The translations under genes were made by a program, and so were the position numbers. The notes below the pieces were generated by a model. That model did no database searches, was not told where the DNA came from, and worked only from the letters and a program-made list of their open reading frames with translations. From NCBI GenBank assembly GCA_000004985.1, contig GG738925.1: DNA of 64,000 nt. One strand, written 5' to 3'. This DNA comes from Naegleria gruberi (lineage: Eukaryota). Position 1 is the stretch's first letter, and every line of letters begins with the position of its first letter. This document shows, one piece after another, positions 43,707 through 56,290 of the stretch.

Positions 43707-44645
43707 ATGAATCCTCGTCAAGTCTTGGATGAGCCATTTTTAACCTCAGACAAAAAAATGAGCAAACAAACACCAAGCCCAGGCTATTACGATGAAGAAA
43801 TTGAGGAGGCTTGCAGGGATCTCTCTCGAAAGATCTTGAAATTAAATAAGGGTCAAGTAGATGCTAAACAAAAACAAGCTTTCTTTGATAGTGTTGATGA
43901 GGACTTTAAGTCTCTTCAAAAAATTTATAAGGGCATGTTTAGAAGTGTTCAAATGGAAGGTGTTGATGCATCTTGGAAGAAGAAACTTTCTCAACACAAG
44001 AGTGAAATTGCTAAATTACTTCAAAACTTCCAAACTGCCAAAGAAAAATCCAATAAGGATGAATTACTAGGAGCAACAACAGAAAAGAAGAAGGAAACTT
44101 CTAAGAAAAAAACTAACAAGACAAAAGATGATGATGATGAAGTCGTTGAGGTTGTAGCATCGGAGAAGAGTGCCTCAAACAAAACAAAGAATGAGCAAAT
44201 TGCTGATGAATTATTTAAAGAAATTTATGAAACTCAAGGTGATTCATTGGATATTGTTAAAAGACTTATTGATAAAGCAGATGAAACCAAAGCAATTGCT
44301 GCTGAATCAATGGAAATGCTCAAACGACAAAGAGAACAATTAGAAAGAATAGATAAGGAGATGGATGAGTTGGGAAGCAACATCACCAGAGGTTCAAATG
44401 AACTCAAATCCTTCATGAGAAGATTAGCCACAGACAAACTCATCATGGTTTTGATCTTGTTGGTTGTTTTGGCTGTTCTTGGTATTATCATTTGGAGAAT
44501 TGTAGATTATTGTGTTAACAAATTCATGCCAAAACAGAATAATAATAACTCTGGTAATACTACCCCACAAAAATCAACAACAAAAACAACGGAAATGGAT
44601 ATGTATGAACAATATAATCCAAGTGATTATGTAAGGTTGTTCTAA
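43707..44645 (+). CDS. SNARE protein (t-SNARE, Qb/Qc-like) with a ~55-aa post-TM tail
   Basis: Heptad SNARE motif ...MLKRQREQLERIDKEMDELGSNITRGSNELKSFMRRL followed by TM LIMVLILLVVLAVLGIIIW. N-terminal helical region. The extracytoplasmic tail after the TM is unusually long. Confidence 0.65.
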   Translation: MNPRQVLDEPFLTSDKKMSKQTPSPGYYDEEIEEACRDLSRKILKLNKGQVDAKQKQAFFDSVDEDFKSLQKIYKGMFRSVQMEGVDASWKKKLSQHKSEIAKLLQNFQTAKEKSNKDELLGATTEKKKETSKKKTNKTKDDDDEVVEVVASEKSASNKTKNEQIADELFKEIYETQGDSLDIVKRLIDKADETKAIAAESMEMLKRQREQLERIDKEMDELGSNITRGSNELKSFMRRLATDKLIMVLILLVVLAVLGIIIWRIVDYCVNKFMPKQNNNNSGNTTPQKSTTKTTEMDMYEQYNPSDYVRLF

Positions 44646-44831
44646 ATCTTGATCCCTTCTCTTTCTCTATTAATTCACATTGTACAAATACTATACTCTT
44701 AATAAAATAAAATCATAATTATGTAATCAAATTGAATATTAATCAATTGTTATTAACAAAGCTTACGTGTAACAATATTTAACAAATGATTGTGATGACA
44801 ATTTAATAATCATCAAATAAAAATTCTCCAA

Positions 44832-47800
44832 ATGAATACACGACCAAGGAGAAACTCAACCCTCCTAAAATCACAACAACAACTATCTGGTGTTAGTCAA
44901 ACAACATCAGAGACAACAATTGGTACTTCATTGAACGATCTATTCAGAAATCAAACCGTAAAGCAAATTAAAGTCATCAAGGAAAAATCAGAGTATGTAC
45001 ATGAGACTCTATACCATTTCACTCATAAAATAATAATTTAAATAATTTAAATAATTATAAATTACGATCGGAAAAGTGAGGAAATTACAATTAAACAAAA
45101 TCAATTGAGAAATCTTGTCGGAGAAAGATATCGAGATATTATTGAAGCAGCAGGTTTGTTTTAAATATAATAATGAAAATATTGATCATTGAATTATTAG
45201 ATTGTATGGATTCTATTCAACAATTATGTTTGGCATCTACAAATCAATTTATTGAAATGACAAGACTAATTGATGATTATAAGAATAATACACAAGAAAG
45301 TATTATCTTGACAGGTGGTGATTCATCATTGGATGTTAATTTGTTATTGAAACATTTTTCTCAAATTGTGGATTGGGTAAGTATTAAATTTTATAGAGTT
45401 TTCTAGAGTTTTATTTTTTGGTTTAGATGTTGAATTGTGTTAATAGTGGATTATATTTCTATGCTGCTATTTGTTTCTTGGCATGTAATAATATCTTGAA
45501 ACAATTAAATATGAAACATTCACATTCTATTCATGTGAAAATTAGAGAATTAAATCAATTGAAAGCTAAATTAATCAAATCATGTAAAAATATTATAGCT
45601 AATCAAACTAATAATTTGGTAAGTTCCAAATAATATTTAATGTGAATATTCATAAAATTAGAGTTTCATTCAATGTGTATGTGCACTATTGGTTTGTGAT
45701 AATTTGACTGAAATAGAATTGGAGAATTTAATTTTGAAAGAGAGGAGAATATTTATGGAAAAGATTAAATATAACACTCTTGAGGAAAAACTAAATGCAA
45801 TAGAGTTAATTTTTGATATATTTTATGATACTGTATTTGTGATTAATAATTTATTTAAAAAGTCAAATGACAAATTATTTATTAACATATTTTTAGAAAA
45901 ATTGATTGAATTTAATTTTATGAATTCAAATTTTAAAATTACAACACTTAAAAAACAAGAATATCATTTTGATTTATTACAAAATAGTAATATAATACCA
46001 ATTCTGTATAAGGGATCTTTTTCTAAAATATATGAAATGTACATTAAAGAAGTAAAGCTTTCAAATGAATCACAACCTGAGAAAATTAAGGAATGGATTA
46101 AAGATTCTTTAAAGTTTATGAACAGTTTTGTTACAAGAATAATTAATGAAACTGATAACATTCATGATTTGATAGAAATTAAGAAAAAGGTAAAGGACAT
46201 GTCCTTCAGTGATTCATTAAAAGATATTCAAAACAGATTCAAGATTATATTGGAATATTGTTGCGGATTTTCTATTGATTTTGACTCGGAAAGAACAGTT
46301 AAGAAGATATGGAAGGAAAATGCAGCAATTTTTTATGATATGAATTTATCTTGGCACACTTTGAATTTAGTTTGTAAACAACAAAAGTATGAAATTATCA
46401 AGAAGAGATTTAAAGAATTAACATTTGATATGTGTATTTCTGAGAATATTTCATTTTCAAATATTGGTGAAGAAATATGGAAGACTCCAATGTTAGATTC
46501 CAATATTTTGTTTGATAGATTCTTGTCAAATCACAAATCTTCAAGCAAGACAGATAATATCTTTTTACAATCTATCACAATATATGGTAGTACAAGAGAG
46601 GTGAGAAGAAAAATAAGAAAGGAAGTTTTTGAATCACAAATTGTTCCATTATGCAAGGAAATTTTCCTTCTCATTCAAGATTTACAAAACAAGGAAGAAC
46701 ATGCTGAACTTGAAGAATTGATAATGACACAATATTTCAATTTCTATAATAGTGCCACTGAAATTGTAAAGAAATTCATTCGTGATCCTTCACAATTTAA
46801 TAAGGATACAAATAATAGCTTTTCAGATATGGACATTAAGTTATATTGTGGTAGAATAATACAATCTATGAGAAAATTGTTTACAGATATTTTCATTGAA
46901 TTGAATGTTAAATTCTCAATGTTCAGTAATGATGAAAGCTTTTTAACAATTATAAGAAAGCTTAGAGCTCAAATAACAAATCTCAAACAAAAGAAGAAAA
47001 CAGATACTTCTCCATACTTGACGAAATATTTGGAAATTGACCAAATATTCGAGTCACTTTACTTGGAAGCATTCAATGAATGGATAGAACAGCAAACTGA
47101 TAGTTTTGTAACTCAAGTTAAATCAGAGTTATTAAATACTGATCAATGGAAGAAGGGTAGAAAGGATACATTTGTTAGTTACAATGAGCTTAATCTGCCT
47201 TTTAAGACTTCATTCTCAATTTACAATGCAATTTATGAACTTTCTCTTGCCATTTATGCCGTTGGTGATTTTAATGTAGACAACAATGTGATTGAAAAAT
47301 TATCAAACAAAATCTGCACACGTGTATTTGGTGATTATAATGAATGGATTAATTCTCTTATTGAAAAATCTAAAAAACAGGAAAAATCCAACGAATCAAA
47401 AGTTGAAGAAACTTCAGCAGAGGAATCAACAGAATCTCAACTATCATTGGAAGAGTTTATTTGTGAGGATGGATTTTTACAATTATTGTTTGATGTTAAA
47501 TATTTAGGATATGCCTTATTGGGAGGTAATCAACAAGTTATTGAAAAATTGAACTTGAAATCACAACTTGAACCTAATGAACAACTCTATGTCAAGGCAG
47601 TTTCCTTAATTTTATCATTTATTGATCCAATCAATTGGGAAACCTATGAAAAGTCATTTAATGCACTTGTATTACAATGTGTAAATAGAAATAATCTTTT
47701 CACATGTAATTTAAATAAGAATTCATCAATTCATGGAAGTGCCACAAACCTTGGTGGTGAATCTCCACTCACGAACACAACAGAACAAGACAATTTTGTC

Positions 47801-48085
47801 AAGTTAGTGAAACCAGAAACCATCAATATCCCACTTTTACCAATTCCAAAGAGAGATTTAAAGAGCTATACATTGGCTGCTTCATATAATCATTTGGAAT
47901 TCACAGAGAAGGATATTCAACTCAATCTCTCTACCAAATCTAATGGAACTCATTCTTCAAAAACATCCCTGAATGACAGTACAGTCTTTGGCAGTTTTGT
48001 TGGTAGTTTACAAAATCTAATTTCCAATCAAGAAGAAGTGGAGAAGGAAACACCTTCCAGAACATTTGCATTCAACTGGTTCTAA
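44832..48085 (+). CDS. conserved oligomeric Golgi complex subunit 1 (COG1). Exons: join(44832..44992,45077..45153,45201..45376,45427..45618,45662..48085).
   Basis: Spliced N-terminus ...LRNLVGERYRDIIEAADCMDSIQQLC... matches the COG1 signature (ELRQMVGERYRDLIEAAD). Four 5' introns of 84, 47, 50 and 43 nt (GTATGT/GTTTGT/GTAAGT...AG) link the small ORF-track pieces to the 798-aa ORF. Confidence 0.75.
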
Positions 48086-48409
48086 TTGAAAAACAGTAAA
48101 TATTGTAATTTCTGTAAATTTCACAAATAGTAACCAATAATCCTTTTACATGTTTGTTCATTGTTCTAAGTACTTCACTTAAGCGTTAACCAAATGATTT
48201 CCTTGGATTTCAAGTTCCTCATAGATTTGTCCTCTGCTTGTTCCTCAATCAGCGGATAAATACTAGGTGCTGACCTGTATTTTAGCTGTTGGAAATAAGG
48301 ATAAGTGCTAAGGATATGCTACCTGTATCGGCTGATAGCAACATTTCTGCTCTTGGGTCTTTATCAAAAATATCTAGTTCTTGAAAGAGAATAACTTTGA
48401 AAAAAAAAG

Positions 48410-50063
48410 ATGATGGTTCGTTCAGCCTCGGCAGCATCACCAACTGTGATGAAGGCTTGCCTGGCACTTCTTGTTATTGTTGCAACAATAACATCCTTAT
48501 CGTGCATTCATGGAGCATCCGCATCAACAAAGGCTTTAAAGTACACTCAAGTGAATAATATTATTGTGATAATGCTTGAAAATTGGTCCTATGATGGACT
48601 GTTTGGAACGTATGTTTCATCTCAATTTTACTATTATATCCTGATTGATGAATTTATTATTACTGCTATGATGCTAATATTTGCTACATGAATACAACTA
48701 CTAGTTATTCCAAGGGTAATGGTATTGCTAAAGCATCAAGTGAAGCCAAAACACAATTAGATGACAACGACCAAGCCTATTCAACACTGCCCCAAGTACA
48801 AGCAGGTCTTCCACAAAACATTTCAAATGGTCCCTTTGATTTGGCTCAATATTTTGGTCTAAATGCCAAGACAATGGATGTTACTCATGCTTTCTATACT
48901 CATCAATATCAAATGAATGGTGGTAAAATGAATAAGTATGTTCCATACAGTGCTGCTAAAGGTTTAGTCATGTCATATTATGATCTTGTTGGACAAGGTC
49001 ACTATATGGCTCAATTGGCTCAAAATTACACACTTTTTGATTATTGGTTTCAAGGTGCTTTTGGTGGAAGTATGCTCAATCACCAATGGTTAATTACTCC
49101 TGGTTGTCCATATTTCCCAAATCCTCCTTCATCAATGGTTAATAGTATAAGTGGAACAACTGGTAAAATTATTTATCCAGAAAAGGCAATTACACCTGAT
49201 AATTATGTTGTTAACACAGCTTACTCTGTTAACAAACCATATCCTGTTACAATGCCACCACTTGCAAATTTAGTTCCATCTCAAAATACAACAACCATTG
49301 GTGATTTATTAACTAGTGCTGGAATTTCTTGGAAATGGTATTCTGGAGGATATAATGATGCTATGAATGGAACTCAAGATTCATCTTGGCAAGCTCATCA
49401 TCAACCTTTTGTCTTTTTCAAGAATTATGAAGTTGGTACTGAAGGAAGAAATCATTTGAAGGATGAAACTGATTTATTCAATGATTTGAAGAATAATCAA
49501 TTACCATCTGTTTCTTTCTACAAACCATTGGGAAAGGACAATATGCATCCAGGTTATTCTACTGTTGGAGGTAGTTCTGAAGAAAAATTGAAACAAGTTA
49601 TTGAGGCTGTTCAGGCCAGTAAATATTGGAATAATTCTATGATTTTCATTACATTTGATGAATATGGTGGAAGATGGGATCACGTAGCTCCACCTAAAGT
49701 TGATAGTAAGTATTTGAATTTGAATAATTAACACTATATTTCACATTAGAATGGGGACCAGGTTCTAGAATTCCAACCATTGCAGTTTCACCACTCGTTA
49801 AGAAAGCCAATGTTAATTCAGTTTATCATGATACTACTTCAATTATGAAATTCATTCAAGATAGATTTGGATTACCAAGTATCTCAACAAGAGATGCTGC
49901 TCAAAATCCATTAGATGATATTTTCCAACCAATTGTTCAACCAAGTGTTGTTACAAGTTCAGCTATTTTCCAACCAAGTGTTATTACAAGTTCAGCTTCA
50001 ACTTTGAGCATTCTTACATTCACTGCTTTAATTTCTTTCCTTTTTGCTTTCATTACTTTCTAG
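48410..50063 (+). CDS. phosphoesterase-family protein (bacterial AcpA / non-haemolytic phospholipase C type, PF04185-like), secreted with a GPI-like C-terminus. Exons: join(48410..48609,48705..49705,49750..50063).
   Basis: Signal peptide. IIVIMLENWSYDGLFGT|YSKGNGI (AcpA-like FGTYP.NGI) restored across a 95-nt GTATGT...CTACTAG intron. ITFDEYGGRWDHVAPP and, after a 44-nt GTAAGT...CATTAG intron, WGPGSRIPTIAVSPL...IMKFIQDRFGLP. C-terminal hydrophobic tail LSILTFTALISFLFAFITF. Confidence 0.8.
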
Positions 50064-50133
50064 AAATCATGTTTGAATCAAAATAAATAATACATCTTTC
50101 TGAAATGATGACATTATAATCATAAGAAAAAAA

Positions 50134-51972
50134 ATGAAACGAAATCAAATTGATGATAGATGTGATGATGATCATGGTGATATTATTAAACAAGCAACAC
50201 AATGTAAAAAGATGAAAATGACTAGTAAAACATTCTCCGATCTTCCACAAGATGAATTATCTGTTGTTTTACAATATTTACCGATCGGAAGCCTATTAAT
50301 GTTTTCATTGGTTTCAAAGGCTAATTATGACTTTGTTCGTGATCAAGTGAAGAATAATATTTGCAAATATGTTGTCTATGAAAATAACTCTTGGTCATTG
50401 GTGGATGCTTTAAGGTTAGTAATGAAAAAATCATAATGACATCATTTCCTTTGTTCAATAGACAAAAGAAATCAATGCGGTTATCAGAGTGTTCTAATGA
50501 AATTGAAGGATTTATGAATGAGATTGCAGAAAGAAATGGATCCATTTCAGAAATTACAAGTCATTTCAAAGCAGATAATATTTCCTTTCCAGATTTATAT
50601 CATTTATTGGATATTAGAAAAGGTAGTGAAGAGGAAGAATTCCAACAAGTCCAAGTTGAAACTATATGTTTAGAAAATACACCAGATAATAAGCCACCTC
50701 AATTAGTTGGAAATGATGAAAAAGGATATCACTTTGAAAAAAAGATGAAAACTATTGAGGGAGAGCCCCTTACTTATGATTTGAAAAGTCTCTCAATTGA
50801 CATGACTCTTACTAGATCTAAGCTTTTAAAGATTATGACCAAATTGAAGAATTTAGAGAGCTTGAATCTAATTGTTGAGCAAGAATATTACAGACCAAAA
50901 ACAAGTCGTGGAGGAAGAGGTCTTGGCGGAGGATTGTTCAGTATATCAAGTGGAGAAGATGATACACAAGATGGGAAGGGAGAAGCCTTCGATGATGAAT
51001 TTATCTATGTACCAATTATGAAGAAACTCAAAAAATTGGTGATTGAAAGGGGTTTTGATGATGATAGATTTATATTTGAAATTAGTTCATTTTGTCCAAA
51101 TCTTGAACATTTGCATTTTGTTTGCAGAGAATCTGTTGATGATAATATGTTAGAGCATCTTGCCAAATACTGTCCTAAAATGAAGTATCTAAAGATTAAA
51201 AGCGATGATGGTGCAACTCAATTCGAGTTGGAAATTACAGATAAGGGATTGGAGCATTTTTTGGAGAAGGAAACTCAAATTGAAGTTATTGATCTTGAAC
51301 CAGCAGCTAATATTTCAGGGTCCATATTTAAAAGACTTGGAGATTTCCCAACATTGAAGAGCTTTAGAACTCAAAGAGTTTCTTATAATGGAGATTGTTC
51401 AGATCAAGAGGAAGATATCTTCTTTGGTGGTAATACAAATCCAAACTTGGAATATTTAGATATTGGACCAGGTTTTAGCTTTACTAAGGAGGAATTTGAG
51501 AAGTTATTCATTTCTTTGAAGAAATTTGCTCCAAACCTAAAAGGATTTGGTGAGATTGGACAAGTGTCTGAATGACTATTCACAAACGTCAAATTGTTGG
51601 GAGATCATTTTTGACGACTATCGAGAAAAAATTGAAACTTTGGAACTAGATTCGTGTGAATACTCAGACCTACACCTTTACACAAATCTAAAGAGAGTTA
51701 TTGGACGTGATCTGGAAAGATCTGAGGGAGACAAATTAATTCCCAATCCTAATGTGGTTGAACTCACTGAACTCTCCAATGTATCCAAAGAATCTACCTT
51801 ATCCAATCTTGCAGATATTTTCCCAAATATTAAGATTATCAAAGATGCAACAAGCAAGACACTTGATTTCTTGGTCAATAATCCAAATGCTTGGCCTCAT
51901 CTTGTACATATAGAGTGGTCTGAGTATGAATTCAAGTCAACAAAAAAGAATATGAAGAATTATGCAAATTAA
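50134..51972 (+). CDS. F-box/LRR-like protein. Exons: join(50134..50414,50462..~51550) plus a frame-broken continuation to 51972.
   Basis: F-box (LPQDELSVVLQYLPIGSLLMFSLVSKANYDF). A 47-nt GTTAGT...CAATAG intron joins the first two ORF pieces. The 51547..51972 ORF continues the same protein (LELDSCEYSDLHLYTNLKRV...) but sits in a different frame, with only a 15-nt GTGAGA...AAG candidate 'intron' to bridge it. Confidence 0.45.
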
Positions 51973-52190
51973 GACCACACATATTTATGGAAAATTCCAA
52001 AGTTAACAAATGAAAAAGTATCACCACAAGCATTCTATTATCAATGGTTAGAAAGAGAGCAAGATCTGATTTAAATTGTGCAATCATCCAAAACCTTAGC
52101 ATTATGATCTTTAGTTAAATTGTTTATATTGTTGGAATAATCATCTGCATTGTTTATTTAAAAAGAAAGCAAATGTTGATGATAACTGAG

Positions 52191-53633
52191 TTATTCCAAA
52201 TCTCTCAAATTTTTAAGAGCCTTTCTAATTGATTTGATAAGCTTTCCATTGAATGACTTTTTTTCAACAATTCTATCAATAAATTCATTCAAATTCAATT
52301 CTTGATCAGCAGCTTCTTCAAATGGATTCTTTTGAACAATTGTGCATTTACCAGTTTTAGTATTTGGAACTGAACCCTTTGGACATCTTGAAAGTTTACC
52401 ATAACCAGTCTTTTCAATGAAATATAAATCACCATTTGGAGCAAATTCCAAATAAGTTGGAAAATCCAATCTAGCCAAAGCAGCATAACCACCATCTTGA
52501 CTAAAACCTTCACCTTTCATTTTATCATGAACTACATTATCAACACCAGCAACAGTTGTAATAATACCACTCTTACTATCAACCTTTCTAATTCTATTAT
52601 TATAGGAATCTAGTTTACAATTGTAATAGTTATTGTAAATATTTTGTAAATAACAATTTGAATTACGTACCAGAAATATAAATATCATTAGTATAACTAT
52701 CAATGGCGATACCACTTGGAACGTTTACCAGAGCTTGAATAGCTGGTAATTTATCACCAGAAAAACCTGAACTTCCAGTACCAATAACAGTTGAAATTTC
52801 ACCAGTTTTCAAATCAACTTTTCTAATACGATTAGCACTAGTTTCAGCAATGTACAATTCCTTTCCATCTTTAGTAATGGTAAATTGTTGGAATGCTGCT
52901 AATTTAGTACCAGATGCCTTTCTATCCTTTGATGAAATAGTTCCTTCCTTATCACCAGCAACATGATAAATTAAACCATCAGCTGTAATTTTGAAAATAT
53001 CAGTTGGATAATAAGAAGTTGAAGTGCATGGATCAGTTGAGAAGTAAATTTCTTGACCAACTGAATGAACTTGAACAATGCATGGAAGTGGTGATCCAAA
53101 GGCACGTTTACCATCAACAATTTGACTTGATCTAACACCTGTTTCAGCACCTGCAATTGTTGAAATGATACCTCTTGTATCTACTTTACGAATTCTTCTA
53201 TTTCTTGTATCTATATTGTTTCGAATAGTTTCGAATAAATAGTTTAGTTTTTAAATACATTCAATAACAATAATAAACACAATAAAAACATACCAGCAAT
53301 GATCAATTCACCCTTTGAAGTAACAACAGCAGATTGAACATCAAACATTTGAGCCAAAGCAGCAGGAATATCTTCACCAGAGAAATAAGGTTGTGAAAGA
53401 GGTAAACCATTACCAGCAATTCTAAACTTTTCACCAGCAGCATTGATCTTTACAATGGCATTTGGATTTACAGGACAAATTAAATCACCACCACTTGTAA
53501 ATGTGAATGAAACTGTTTTTGGAAGAATGACTTTAGTCTTGTACAAGGCTGTGTCAAGTGAGGCTCCATGGACAATACATGCAAACATCATGATGCACAT
53601 GGTAGCAGCAAACAAAAGAATTGAGTTTCTCAT
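52191..53633 (-). CDS. secreted NHL-repeat beta-propeller protein. Exons: complement(join(52191..52609,52671..53210,53294..53633)).
   Basis: Signal peptide MRNSILLFAATMCIMMFACIVHG. The NHL-type motif recurs as N(R)IRKVD (DTRNRRIRKVD, TSANRIRKVD, NNRIRKVD). Introns of 83 nt (GTATGT...CAATATAG) and 61 nt (GTACGT...AAACTAG) restore one 432-aa frame across four ORF-track pieces. Confidence 0.75.
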
Positions 53634-54612
53634 TTGTTTCGAATATTGTTATTTTTTTCAAAGATGATTTAGTCCAATTTCAGACTTTTTTACAATACAA
53701 CAACAAATTTTCTACTGGAAACAAACATGTTTGGACTCTTTGAAATTCTCTCTCGCTGAGAAAATCAGGACACAATTACCCCGATGTGATGGATGCAAAT
53801 TGAATTTGAAAAGAGAATGCATTTGAGGAATTTTTTGGAGTGTTTCTTAGTTTTGAAATTGTAAACAGAGTTACAAAATGTTCCTTGGCGCCAAAAAAAT
53901 GTTGAAAAGTTTGGTGATAATTTAAATTTTAATGTATTCACTGAATGATATTATTACTGAATAGATGCTGAATCCAATGACAAACAAATTATCATAACCA
54001 CCAATTGATCAATCAAATCATGTTGTCAGAAATGGTCATCACACAACTCAAAACCAAAAATAATCATAAAAAGACAACTTTTTAATATTAAACGATCATT
54101 ATGCTCGCCACAAAACTGGCAATGCCAATTAGTGAAGTCAGATTATGAAACTGAGAAGTATTTATCGAAAAATGCAATATATTTTATTGTTAAAATAAAA
54201 TTCAAAATTTTTTACAAGTCTAAAACGGGACGTGAAATTGTTGGAGTCTCAAGGTGTTGTTTCACAAATAGTGAATGATGGAAAAAACAACCAAAAGTGA
54301 AGAGAGGTACTACTTCAAAAGTTGTGCCTGGCTACATCAATATTGATTGAAAATATTTTACAATAAATTGAAAATAATTGTAAACTGTTGCTCTTAAAAG
54401 GAAATTTACAAGCCATCACAATTTTTAATTGAACAAGTAGTAATCACAACCAATACAACCTCTCAAAATGGTCATTCTCAAACCTGTAGCGCTCAATTTC
54501 CTCCTCCACGCACTCCATCCCAATAATTTGTCCATTCACTTCAATTTCCATATAAATACTCTCAATTCATTTGCAAAAATAAAAATTTTCAAAATCAAAA
54601 ATCAAAAAAAAA

Positions 54613-55557
54613 ATGTCCAACAATCAAACACCCTCCTCCTCATCTGCCTCTACTACCACTTCCGATAATACCAATTTTCAAGATAAGAGTCATTGGGAAA
54701 ACAAGGTAAAATTCATGGAACATTCCAAAATTTTTCTAAATTTCTTTGCCTCTGATTTAATTCAACGATCACTTGATTTGTACTTGAAAAAATCAACTAC
54801 ACAAGAAAATTTAGTGAGCATTCTTGATGTGGCTACTGGAACTGGACTTGTTCCATTCAAATTTATTGATGAAAATATAGTATCATTCGATAGGATTTCC
54901 TCTTTGAATGGAATTGATTTTGCTCCAAATATGATTGAAGGAGCTGAATATAAGAAACAAGCAAGAATGGAAGAAAAGAAGGATGAATTTGATTGGGATA
55001 AATTGAAATTTCAAGTAATGGATGGTCAAGATTTGAAATTCTCAGATGAATCATTTGATATTGTCTATTCAAATATGGGAGTTTTATTTTATCCTAAAAT
55101 GGTACAAGGTTTATCTGAAATTAGAAGAGTTTTAAAAAAAGGAGGAATGGCATTCTTAAATGCATGGACTGGTGATTTTCCAACACGTGTAGGATTCCAT
55201 GCAGTGTTTGATGTATTACAAAAAGATGATAGATATGCATTACCTGTATTTTCACTTCAAGATCCAAAGATTTTTGAAGAACGTTGTAAAGAAGCTGGAT
55301 TTGAAAATGTTGAAATCAAACAAGTTACTCAATCACTTAAATTGAAATATTCTGAATTACAATATATTATTAATACTGGTGCTCAATTTGTTGCTGTAGT
55401 TCAGAAATATCTTTTAGAAAATCCTCACATTACAACAACTGAAAAGGAATTATTGGATAGAATTGATCAACTTTCTAGAAAGGCTTTTAATATTGTAAAT
55501 GAAGATGAAGAAATTCAAGTTGTATCCACTGCCAATGTTGCCATCCTTACTAAATAA
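54613..55557 (+). CDS. class I SAM-dependent methyltransferase (Methyltransf_11-like)
   Basis: Motif I ILDVATGTGLVP. Post-I acidic loop. Motif II/III region VYSNMGVLFYPKMVQGLSEIRRVLKKGGMAF. aaaaaaaaaATG start. S/T-rich N-terminus. Confidence 0.8.
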   Translation: MSNNQTPSSSSASTTTSDNTNFQDKSHWENKVKFMEHSKIFLNFFASDLIQRSLDLYLKKSTTQENLVSILDVATGTGLVPFKFIDENIVSFDRISSLNGIDFAPNMIEGAEYKKQARMEEKKDEFDWDKLKFQVMDGQDLKFSDESFDIVYSNMGVLFYPKMVQGLSEIRRVLKKGGMAFLNAWTGDFPTRVGFHAVFDVLQKDDRYALPVFSLQDPKIFEERCKEAGFENVEIKQVTQSLKLKYSELQYIINTGAQFVAVVQKYLLENPHITTTEKELLDRIDQLSRKAFNIVNEDEEIQVVSTANVAILTK

Positions 55558-55708
55558 AATATCATAGCTATCCAATTTGTTTTTTTATTTGGTGGTCCAT
55601 CTTTTTAGATTCCTGCTCTCTTTGCTGATGAACTTTGTGACTAATTATGGTTCTTGACAAGTTCATCGCCATAGGTTAGATTGTAGGCTTGATTTTCTCA
55701 GAAAAAAA

Positions 55709-56160
55709 ATGGAAGAACTTCACAAGCAAGCTATTGCTCAACTCTCTCTTCTCAAAATGGATGCAGATGATACCTATACTACAAAGGCTATTAGTGATGT
55801 AGCATGTCTTCAGGGAGTTGATTTGTCCAATGATGAAACATTGTTAGCCTTGATGCCAACTTTAATTAAAGAAATTGGTGGTGAATATTCGGAAATTAAT
55901 TGGGTAAAGAATGATCCAATTAGATTTAAAGATGAATTACAAAAGATTTATGGAACCACTGATTTGACTAAAATTGTTAAGGAATTTAGTTTTTCTGATG
56001 GTATGTAGTGAAAATTGTAAAAAAACATCTCAATATTAATGTATGATCAATAACAATAGGAATTAGAACATGGGGAGGTGGTTATTCTAGAGGATCATAT
56101 GTATTTATATTTGGAAAGGAATTAGTATTTGTTCATTCTACAATGTCATACACTGATTAA
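55709..56160 (+). CDS. small protein (~130 aa), two exons join(55709..56000,56060..56160)
   Basis: The 99-aa ORF ends in GTATGT. A 59-nt intron ending CAATAG joins an in-frame 33-codon exon (GIRTWGGGYSRGSYVFIFGKELVFVHSTMSYTD). Identity not recognised. Confidence 0.45.
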
Positions 56161-56290
56161 TACTCATCACAGTTAATCGATATTTGTTTTTTCTTAGAAG
56201 AAGGACTTTATAGCCTTGATTGGTCAATAGATTACAAAATCATGTATAATACTTAATGTTCAATAATAAAAACAGCAACAATAGAAAAAA

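Noticed and set aside
51549-51563. 15-nt GTGAGA…CAAG 'micro-intron' that would repair the F-box/LRR-like gene frame
   Set aside because: It is too short relative to all supported introns. Reported instead as an unresolved frame break.
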